Below are positions 21,273 to 33,200 of a stretch of 64,000 nucleotides of DNA, in pieces. The DNA comes from Bugula neritina (taxonomy: Eukaryota; Animalia; Bryozoa), in NCBI GenBank assembly GCA_964035545.1, contig OZ037765.1, positions 22,815,504-22,879,503 of the forward strand, read 5' to 3'. The notes beneath the pieces were generated by a model. The model saw only the letters and a program-made list of their open reading frames with translations. It searched no databases and had not been told where the DNA came from. Numbering within the stretch: position 1 is the stretch's first letter; every line of letters starts with the position of its first letter. The translations under genes were made by a program, and so were the position numbers.

Positions 21273-24200
21273 CTAACTGGAAGAATCTTCAGGCTCCATG
21301 TCATCATCATCACAGTCATCCTCCTCACTAGTGACGTCAGGTTCATCAGCCTGAGACTGGCACCTCTGGCAGTTGCAGACGAATAGGTAATTCTCCCTGC
21401 ATATTATACACAAAATATTACATCATGGCCTCCGCCAGCTGTGTTATAATAAAGGCATAGTAGCCATATCTCAGGCAAACAGGGAAGTCGGCTAACTTCA
21501 TGTACATATAATTAGATACAGTACAAGATAATAGTGAAGATATGTCACCATCTGGATATGCCCATAGCTACTAGATAATTGGTGCATTCCAATTCAGAAC
21601 TTATCACTTAGACCTGAATAGTCAAGCACGCCAGGAGAGTTGCACAAAATGAGTTACCTAACGATTTTGGTATTAATATTGAGTGTGGGCAGTGCAAAAT
21701 GTGCAGTTTTAACAGGGTTTCTAGAAACGCCTTTTCCAACAACACCCTTGCCAACAACAGTTGTCCACCCAGGAAGCTGTGTATATGAAGGGAGAATATA
21801 CTTGGATGGACAACAAATCACCAAGTGAGTGTTACAAGTTTGCTAAAAAGTACCTGATAAATAAGGAGCACAACCTGAAAACCTCCTAGCAACTTATAGT
21901 TTCTGATGAAACTTTGACGCTACTAAAATATTAAAAAATTGTTTACATTGATTTGCACTTCTAAATCATAGTCACAAACACACTTCATCTACAACTCTAT
22001 TTTATAGTAATAATAGAAATTATAAATATTATATATAAAAGTCATTAAATAATATTTCAACAAGCGCAATAAAATGTTTATAAAAAATACCAACCACTCG
22101 GCAATTATACTTGTAGTGGTCAATTTTATGGTAAAACTTTTAGACTGAACATACAACATAGACTGTACAATATTTAATAGGCAACAAGATGGTGATTGTG
22201 TATATGGGAGTTATTGTTCCGATGGCCTAATTAACTACTATGATGGATACTACTGCTTCTTCCAGAAGACAACAACTCCAGCAACTACAACTGAGCCTCC
22301 TACCACTACTCCCACTGAACCTTTCTGTGCTAAGAATGGCGTAAAGTATAAACTTAATCAAGAAATGGGGAGGTAAGTGTGAGCAAAGCCATATTTCATT
22401 AAGCAGAAACCCCATGCTGATTTACTAATTTATGATTTACTGATTTCAAAGAATCCCTGGAGGACTTACTTATTCAGCATTAGAATATTCATATATACGA
22501 GTATATCTTAGCCTTGAATTATATGAAAGCCAGCTGAGTGGTAAAGCTGTGTGTTGCAGCAGCCAAGAACGTGCAGTGAAAATTAGCAACATCAGAGCTT
22601 TCATCAAAACTGGCACAAAATTGATTATAAAACAAAATTGTTTGAGCCCACAAACTTTAAACAGTCTGTAGATAGCCAAGATGTATATGAATATTTTAAT
22701 ATGGCATATATGAAGTAGGTCTGAATTCGTTAAATTTTAGGACTTGCATGTAAAACAGCCAACAAGCATTATGGACTAATGACATATCAAAGTGTACTCA
22801 TGTTAAATTCTCCCACAGTACTATTACTGTCGTATGAAAATGAAACGCAAATATTCAGATTAATAAGAACATTTATTTGCAGATGGTTACCGTGGCCTGG
22901 CTGTGTTATCACAGAATATTGTGTGTACTTTGAGAATACAAGGACAACATTTTCTGAGGGATGTACAACAACCACTCCAACTATACCTACCACTCTCCCA
23001 ACTAGAACCTTTTATTAGCTAGAATAAAATTATTTTTTATATTTTTAGTGCTAGCATCTTACTAAAATACAAACTCAATGTATTAGAGTGGGTTATAAAT
23101 TTCTAAATATATTCTTTATAACAAACCAATATCTATAGTAACAGTTATAAAATCCTATAACTAATACTAGCGAATTGACAGCATAGAATTTAAGATTAAA
23201 GTTAAATTTACTTTTAAAATGTTTATGTAGTTTAAGCAAATAAAATGGTACCCAACTACAAATTTATCAATAACTCACAATTGTAAATTGAATTGCTGAT
23301 ATAAAAATTTATTTCACCACATAAATTACAAAATTTAAGAGCAACAACATAAAATCCATTTTCAACCAAAACAAGTATAGCAAAAAATCTGATGGTACGA
23401 AAGCTTAGTTTAAAGGGTTTAGGTTAAGTTTTGCTACAAATTTATGCTGCTACCCAACAAATATTATGACCATGACAGCTTCAAAAACAATGTAGAAAGT
23501 TGACTATAAAACAATGGCATATAATATTTAATTGCCAAAACTACTTTAATTTAATTAAATCTAGTGAAGCTCCAAAAACTCTGTTGATATATATACTACC
23601 TTAAATATTTCTGTTGATAAATATACTACCTTAAATATTTCTGGCGGGAGTGACGGCTCCTTTCCAACATGCAATCATCAAGATAGGATATAAACACTTC
23701 CTGCAAATAATCAGGGGACAGCAATTTGAAACGTATCAGACAGAATAAATGCTAGTTATGAGTGGATGAAGTGTAAGTGAAACTTACTTGTCCAGCAGCA
23801 ATATCCTCTTTCGCAGTAAATCTAAGAACAGAGTTGTTGTATGGAAAGCTAGTCTCGGCATTAGGCATACAGCTATGATTGGCTGCACTTTGACGAAGAT
23901 ACAAACCAGAACCTTCACAGTTTAGAAAAGCATCTTGCGTGCCCTCTAAAAAGCAAATGAGTAACTGAAAAAGTATATTACTATGTTTTGGATTATATAT
24001 TTACTTAATTTGGAACACCACTCAGTCTGATATAGAAATGGATAGTTTGCTTCCATAAATAATAAAACAGCTCATTTTCTCAAAAAAGAAAAAATATTCG
24101 CTGCAGTCAAAAACATAAGAAAATTACTAGAATGTACCGGTTATGGCCTTGATGAACAAGAGAGTAAAAGTTGATATAGCCCAAATACTTTAAGAATGTC

Positions 24201-27200
24201 TTGTAAGATGATCTGAAATTGACAAGCTAGCAGGTACTAAAACCACTTGATGCGATTAGTCACGTGACGCTACTGACAAAAGACTAACGAACCGCCAACA
24301 CGAGGCATTCTACAGCAAGAGCTTAGCCCAGTAGATTAACTTTACATGGCGCAGTCGGCAGGATACTAATCTGCCTGAGTTAGAAATTACTTTTGGTGAT
24401 TGTAAACGTTAGAGAAACAGAGATAACTATTTAGCCTAAGAGTTCAGTGATACAAATTATTAAAGAGGAGTTTAGAGATACAAATTATTAAAGTGGAGTT
24501 TCCAAGAGAGTAAGAGACAAACGTTACGTTGGAATACTTGGTGAGTTGAATCCACCCTCAATGCTTTCTTTAAGATAATAATAAAAGAAAGTAATGTTGC
24601 TGAGCAACTTCCTTCAACTTGGGTTCTGAAGTAGATGGGGAACAAGTTAATAGATGTAGGGGTAGAACTAAGTTGCTGGCTTTACTGAGTGCTATCGGTT
24701 CAGAGGGACTAGATATATTACAGTCGCTTGGCTTTAATCTAAATGATAATTTGAATGAGGGGTATTCCACTGCTTTAAACTCACTGAAAGCCCATTATTC
24801 TCAAGATGATAGTTTCTATGTTAAAACTATGAAGTTTGTTAATGCAGCCCAAGCTTGTGGGGAAAATGAGATAGAAAATTTATTGGAGGTTGAGAAATTA
24901 TGTAGAGCTGTTGATTTTGGAATTGGTAATGATGTAGTTTGACAAAGGTTTGCAACTGCATTACCTTTTAATGACTTTAGAGACTTAGGCTTGCGTAGAC
25001 ACTTTCTACAGGCAATAGACCTGAAACAAAAGCACAAGCTAAACATTTGGGTAGACTGTCCAAAACCACCGTAGATATGGGAGGGCAGGTAGTTTTAATG
25101 TGAAGAAAGAAACTAAAACTGAAGTAAGTAAAATAAACTTAGTGCCTAATGAAAACTCCAAGAGTTAATGAAATCAATGTAGATGTGGCATTAGACACCA
25201 GTGCAAAAACTACCTTGAATAAACTGAACATGCCATTGGAAAACCCAAAGAAATGCCTGGTAGGTGCAGATGGTAAGAGCCTACAGGTTAAAGGTACAGC
25301 TAAAGTTTGCATTAGAAATAAAGCCAAATGTATTGAATCTCAAAATTACATCTTGAAAGATTTCGAGTGAGAATTAAAATGGTTACCTGACCTTAATAAA
25401 TTGAATTTACTAGCTGTAGTCAAGAGCCTTGTTGCTAATGCTTTGGAGTTTGAACCCAGAAGCGGTTTTCAAAATTTTTTTACGAAGGAATGGGAACACT
25501 ATCAAATACTTTTTAGATACATTTGAAAAAAGAGGCAGAACCAATTGTTGTGTCCCCGCCCCATAGCAGCTGGTCTGAGGACTAAAGCAAAATGAACTAG
25601 ATGAAATGCTATGCAAAGGCGTAATAGAGCCTGTAGAATAACGAACTGAATGGTGCTCTGCCCTTGATGCAGGTGACAAAATGAGGATGTGTGTAGATTC
25701 TACAAGTTTGTAAAAAGAGGTTCACCCCTTTCCAGAGTTTCTGATATGCTAAGCCTTCTCTTAGAAAAGGTATTGTTTTCAAAACTAAATGCTGACTCAG
25801 GGTTTTGACAAGTTAATTTAGATGTAAAAGGTAGACTATCAACGACCTTTGTAATTCCAAGGGAAAGATTTTTGTTTTAAAAAATGGTATTTCGCCGGCT
25901 CCTGAATTTTTCCAAAGGGCGATGGAGAGAATATTGAAAGTTATAAAGGGTGTAATTTTCGCAGCAAGCAAGTGATACCACGCAGCTAAGACTGTGCTGA
26001 CTCTTCGTCTCTCAGTGTTTAGCTTGTTGTATGTCTATTGAGGTACATTTAAACTTTGTTGCAGCTTCACTACCCCTATGACCCCCAGCAGCCCGGACCT
26101 ATCTACTTCAAGACCACACGGAAGTGCGGGCTCTTTGGTGTCTGTTGCGCAGCATTCCCCATGCAGGTGAACTACTTGATAGATGAAGCTTGTGCAACGT
26201 CAAAGGGAGCTAATGCTGTGGTGTCATACCTCCACCACTTTTTAGAGTACTATGGGTTGGGAGAGAAAAAACTTATTCTGCACGCTGACAAGTGCAGGTA
26301 AAGAATCGCTAAGTGGTATGCAACATTACTCTCTATTGCCCGCTTATAGAAAATAGATTTGCAGCGCTACCTTGCTATACCAACTAAGCTTTACTAAAAT
26401 TCATGGCTGTAACAAAACTGCAATCTATTGTAGCTATAATTGTTTGTTGCTGTTTTAGCGGTCAGAATAAACACAACATCATGATGGGGTATCTGCTCTG
26501 GAGGTGTGCAACAGGCAGGAATGAGGAGATTGAGATGAATTTCCTGATAGCTGGGCACACAAAGTTCCCTTGCGACCTGCATTTTGGCTACCTTAAGAAG
26601 ACAAGGAGGACAAAGTTATCTTCTCTCGGCGATATTGAACAGGTAAAGGGTGCTTCCTATTTATATTAGTGAGGGTAGGCAAACTACATGTCCCGTATAT
26701 TTACATAGTCTGTGATATCAGTGAGGGTGGGTAGACTGCATGTCCTGTATAATAATATAGCCTGTGATATTAGGGAGGAGTGAGGGTGGGTAGGTTACGT
26801 CTCCGGTATATTGGTATAGCCTTTGATATCAGTGAGGGCGGGTGGACTACATGTCTTGTATATTATTATAGCCTGTGATATTAGGGAGGAGTGAGGGTGG
26901 GTAGGTTGCGCCTCCGGTATATAGGTATAGCCTTTAATATCAGTGAGGGCAGGTGGACCACATGTCCTGTATATTAATATAGCCTGTGATATTAGGGAGG
27001 AGTGAGGGTGGGTAGGTTGCGTCTCCGGTATATAGGTATAGCCTTTGATATCAGTGAGGGCGGGTAGACTACATGTCTTGTATATTGATATAGCCTGTGA
27101 TATCAGGGATTGGATTGAAGTTTAATTGCAACTTGTAACACATGATTTTAGGCAGTGAACACGTCAGCTAAGGGGGACATGTGTCAGCTGGTGGGGAAAC

Positions 27201-30200
27201 AGGATGGTACTGTGGTGGTGCCTGTCTATGATTGGGCAAACTTCTTGGAAGTCAAAAAGATAGTAGGAATAAAACGATACCATCAATTCTTAATGACAAT
27301 GAACAAAGTTGGTGAGTAGGCTTGGCAAAAAACATATATAATAATGCTAACAAACTTGTAAGTTTATTTTGAATAGGTGGTAATGATGCTGGACTTGACG
27401 CGACTTGGTTACATCACTAAACAAAATAGTATGCCGGTACAAGCAGACCATGTTTTGTGCTAGCATCGATTGTGTACCAACTTTTTTCAGTGCATTGCTC
27501 TTTTTATTAACTTCAGCTTTTTGAATGACTCGCAGGTGTTGTAACAATGAAGGTGCTCTGCGACTCTGAAGTAAAATTAGATCACGTTATGATGACAACC
27601 ATTAAAGAAGAGCTGCCTACACTCATTGTACCAGAAGGTTTGTCACTGCAGCGAAGGAAGAATTTGGCCAAAGGAATCCGGGAGTTTTGCCCACCCTCCA
27701 CCAGGGACCTCGTATGCCCAATTCCTGAAGGTCAGCTGTTGGCAAATTTACAGACTGTTTCCTGTACAGTTTTTGAATGTCTACATATTTATATAAAATG
27801 TGGTATCAGTGAGGGTGGGTAGAATACGTGTCACGTATATTTATATTGTCAAGTGAATACAGTTTGCTTAGCTTTTAGTATATCAATGAAAGTAGTAAAA
27901 CAAAAGTTATTATGGTGTTTACTTTTTCACAGAAGACGAAGGAGAAACGGAATCTGCAAGCAAGCGACCAAGAGTCATGAGATGAAAAGTGATTGTCCCC
28001 CTTGTATAATTATTGATATCCTTATTTTATGTTTTATTTTGTTGAACTTTGCATTACCACTATGTAACTTAGCGACAATAAATATATTTTACTTACAAGC
28101 CGTTATAAACCAGTATTGTAAATTAGCTCAAGTGTATCCTTAATTTTTTTCCGTTGACCTTCGTTTGACCTTTCAAGGTCAAAGTGCATTAAAGTTCTGC
28201 TTTTAAATTGTCGACACTTCATACGCCATGTCTGAAAATGCTGATATAGCACACTAAAACACTTTCATAACATAATCAACATTTATTTTTCGAAAAATCG
28301 CCGTGACCTTCACTTGACCTTTTGAGGTCAAAGGTCATCAAAATTCTTTTTTGGAAATGGCGCCATTGGATTCAGCATGTCCTAAATGAAAAGTAAGTAA
28401 ATTTTTACCCTGTTTGAAGCTCTCTAAATGCTTGTTGCTAAGGAGTTTGAACATGCTAACAATGAGAAATGAGCTCACTTCGAATAAAAATGCTGTTTCC
28501 TCAATTGTTGTACTTAGGATATTGGATAGTTTTACACAAAAATTGCTGTAGACTCGCTAATAGTGGTTCGATTTTAAAAATTTGAACTGCAAATCATCAG
28601 GCAAATAAGTACCAAACATTAACTAAAAATGTGAATTTTGTCACAAAGTGCCTTTCTGACAGCCTGGGTCACATATATAAGCTGAAATAGCAAATATGCA
28701 TCATTGGAGATATAGTCGTCAGGGTTATGATATATCGGAGGTTCTTGAAAAATTGGGTCAGGCTATAACAGTAGATTGTAAACAATGAGCATATAATTGA
28801 TGCATCTTAGAAATTGGTGAGAATTCATAAAAAACATTACCCAAGTGGTATTGTGATGCAGAATTAGCAACTGAACTACTTCATGCTACTTTTTTGCACA
28901 TTTGCAGCTACAAACTTGCCATATCATTGATTGTCAATTTGACACTTGTATTCACTTTTCAATATTGAATATCAGTGCATAAGTTATTTGCGTTTTACGA
29001 CCAGTTGCCTAGCAAAAATGTAAGGCAACAGAAAAAAAGGCAATGTTTTCAAAGTAACATTTTTGTTTAGCAGAGGATTTCACTCTTGTAAAGGAACGGT
29101 GTTTACTTTGGGTGTTATGGCAACTACAAAGCATAACAGACAGGGATAACTTGAAAATTTTACACATTTATAGTGGCATTTGTAACATTAAAAAGGCTTT
29201 TCACATGTATGAGTTGACATGCTTTTAGTCAGGTTGCCTTTTAGATCCAATTTGTTGACAGTCTGCCCTTTTGACTCCAAAGTTTCTAAGATGTCAAGCT
29301 TGCATTGAGATAGGATGCCATTTTCAAAGCTAGAAGTCAACACAGGTTTTTAACGGGTAAAATTAAAACCCAATGCAGGTCACCAACAACCTTTGTCTCC
29401 CTTTGCTTCAAATAATTTTTCGTATTGCTTCGGCACCTGGAGTTTTTTAATAGGCGATGAAAAAAATATAAGGTCTAAAAGGAGCGATATGTTGAATAAT
29501 GTATGGCAAAACAGCCAATGAAAACCAGGGTGGATTGAAGGAAAGTGTAGCAAAAATAGAAGAGCCAGGAATACCACTAAAAATAACATGAGGACACATG
29601 CCAAGTCTGTCCAGGCTGCTAGTTACAAAGACATCTTTTATTCATTGTGCTGTTAAATGTAAAGTTATATTATAAAGTTATTAGACTAGATGCAAAAAAA
29701 TTGCATCTGGTAAATAGAATGCTCACAAGAAAATACAACTGGCAAATCTAAAATATATTATACTACATTTGATTAGAGTTGAAATGGAATTGAACATATT
29801 AAAGCAAAAGCTTATATATAACTAGACCAACAAAACCGGAGAGTTCAGCAGATCCAAAAAATTTTGTAAACTACAAGTCTTTACTTTGACATGAAGAGTG
29901 CTCTTTGTATGAGATGAACTGTGCTTACTTTGCTTTGCTTCTGCACCTGTAGCTACATCCAATGCAATTTGTCTATGAACACTTTGCTTATGGCTCTTCA
30001 ACATTCTGATACATTTAAATCTACTTTCACAGTTGGTGCAATTGAAGATTTATTTTCTGTATGAACTGTTGTGACACACTTATAGTTGTATTTGGGATAT
30101 TGAAAACGCTTTTCACGTGTGTGAGTTGACTTATGTCAAGGCAGGTTTCGAAAAAAAGTACATTTGAAGGTGCATTTAAAACATTGAAAAGGCTTTTTAC

Positions 30201-33200
30201 TTGTGTGTTAACAAATGTCTAACCTGATTGCCTTTTAGAGTACATTTGAAGGTGTGTGTGAAACATTGGAAAAGTTTTTCATTTGTATGAGTTAACATTT
30301 GTGTAGCCAGGTTAAATGAAGTACCTCAGATACCTGGGGAGCAAAACTGGGACAAAAATTTGTCCCCGGAAATATCAAAACTATTTAAGGTATTACACCA
30401 TTGGCTACAAGTAATGAGCACAATCCAATGGTTAAGCATATTTTTCAATTAGAGAATCGGAATAGTGAGCAAACCGGATAAGCCGGGAGACATGCAGAAA
30501 AAGGAAACCAGTTCATCCTAGTAAAAAAAGAAGAGACCACCGCGAAAGAAGGCACCTACGTGCGAGACAGCGCAATTTGTGACAGAGAAGATTCCAGATT
30601 AAAAAGTAGAGGACAGACCAAAGAAAGTGTATGGAAAAACTTAGGCAACATACTGTCTCATACGCTGCATAATGAGAGATCATTCAGCAGCGTATCGTGA
30701 GCAGTACTGGTGCAAAATAAAAACCAGAGGACACTTGCTTCATACGTAAATAAGTTGGAGATTTGTTACAGCCAGCTTGCTGAGGTTGGGCAAACCAGTG
30801 CCATTACGGTGAATCATATTAATGATTTAGCAGATAAACATCCAATGTCAACTAGTGAACTTTGGAAGGGGGTTAATGAGAGCTTCCCAGTTGAGTTGAA
30901 TACTCATCCATTTGTGAGCTTTATGCAATTCATGGAGGGTAAGCGTAGATAAGTAGCAAGGCTGGCAGAGCGCCAAAGTTTCCCAGGGTGGTGTGCAAAC
31001 TGGGAATCCGGGTAGCGCAGCAAGGTAGGAGGAAACAAAGTCAGGCATTCAGGGGGGCCAGGGTTATCCAAACTAACGTTAATAGTTATCAGAAAATAGT
31101 ATCTATTACCTAGTTCATGAAAGGGCAAAACATAATACTGATAAGTGCAGCTACTTTAAACAGCTGTCTATATATGCAAAATTGGAGCTAGTTAAGGCAA
31201 AAAGAGCATGCGGTTGCTGTTTTGAGACCACCTGGCTCAGAAGTGCAGGCTTGATTTGGTATGCATATTCAGTGTCTTGTGATAGATATTAATGGTTCAA
31301 AATTTCTAGCCTCTAGGGAACAATAATTGAAGAAAAAATAGTACACAATGTCTAAACAGTGATACAAAAAAAAACTAATACACAGATGATGACAGCATAA
31401 AAAAGATATATAGACTGAGAGCCATCTGCCAATGAAACGCAAGCAGCAAAAAACCCAGAACATAAAAATCGTCTAGATTTTTCAGATGATTGCAAATTCA
31501 GCCATAGAGAAACCAGCCAGTACAAAATCGGTGAAATGCAGCTTCAAACAGTATTTCTAAAGATTATGGTGATGCCCTATTGAGCAGATATATTACTTAA
31601 CTATAAGGCCTAAGCTGCTTGTATTAGCATGGGCATGTCTGGTGATGGGATGGGGTGATGCTTTGTGACCAATGGGCATACAGAAACAAATAAATAAACC
31701 ATGTAATAAGTCAACACTGGTTGTAAGTCATCAGCAATAGTTCGGAGATGAAATTGTATAACATCATCAATACTATGAACAGTTTTTCAATTACTTTAGA
31801 ATGACTGTTGAAAATTTTGATTGTTTATTAAATCTCATTCATAACCAGTTAAAAAAAATGACATAAATATGAGGAAAGCAATATCACCATACCTAAAACT
31901 AGCAGTAACTTTACATTATTTAGCTGAAGGCAGCAGTCTCAAAACTGTCAGTTTTCACTTTAGATTAGGCATTTCAACTACATCTGAAATTACATTATAC
32001 CAATTTTTGCAGCCGTTGTACATGACAGTACTACAGAGCCCTACCTCATGGAAGAGTGTTGCTAAAAGGTGTGTTTTATGTGCACACCCTTTTTATTTAC
32101 TTTTACCATAGCGCATTCAGCGAAAAATTAAAATAATTTGGATTGATCAAATTTTGACAGATCGAATTTTGGTATTCAACTCGAGAGTACTATGTGAAAT
32201 AACTAGCTTGTTTTACTATTGTGGGTGTGTGCATGTGTGTATTGTTAATGGCCAGCAAAAGAGCTACCAATAATCTCAAAATATCATTTGCTGTAGGTTC
32301 AAAAAATGAAACATCACTCACTGTATTGGCAGTGTCGATGGAAAACATGTGAGGATCAGAAAACCTCAACTAGGTTGATCAACTAACCACAACTACAAAA
32401 GCTATGATAGTTTAGTTTGGATGGCAGTGGTTGATGCAGAGTATAAGTTTCTTGTAATAGATGTGGGACAACTTGGGAGCCAGAGTGATGGTGGTGTATT
32501 GGAAATATCTTTGCTTGGGCGAGCATTAGTTATAGGCATGTACATTTGAAGCTACATATGAATTTGCAATAAATTTGTTTATCCGTTTTAGTAATAAAAT
32601 TTCTAAATTATTTGGGATTCAGATCACATCAACCTTTCACCACCGGAACTGGTTACTGGAATAGAAGAACCATTGCCTTATGTATTTCTTGGAGATAGGG
32701 CTTTTCCATCAAAGCCATATATGATGAGGCCATTTTCTGCACGTAAACTCGTACGAGTTTGAGTTTACAATTATAGGCTTTCCAGCGCTCAAAGAGTTGT
32801 TGAAAATGCCTTTGGTTAGTTTAAAAATAATCATAATCATGATACAATTTTGCATGAAAACATAATAAAGTTTTTCCAATTTGCACATTATTTGCTATAA
32901 GAAATGTAATGTTTGTAGAAATATTTTATATCTATTTATGTTATTTTTATGCATATTTTACAACTGTGTAGTTTTAATTACCAGGAATTTTATCACAACG
33001 GTGGCGATTGTTGCTGACTGCCATAGACATGTCACCAGAAAAAGCGCCACTTCTAGTCAAAACTATGTGTGTTCTGCACAACTATCTACAAACAACTAAT
33101 GACACCAGATCCTTTCCTGCTGATTATGCTGACAATATTTGCCAAAATGATGCCGTTCAAGAAGGATTTTAGCGAAATGCTCCTTGTATGAACATTGATA

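Noticed and set aside
26668-27105. CRISPR-like regular repeats
   Set aside because: Whole units repeat with no unique spacers, no cas genes, eukaryotic intron: a minisatellite.
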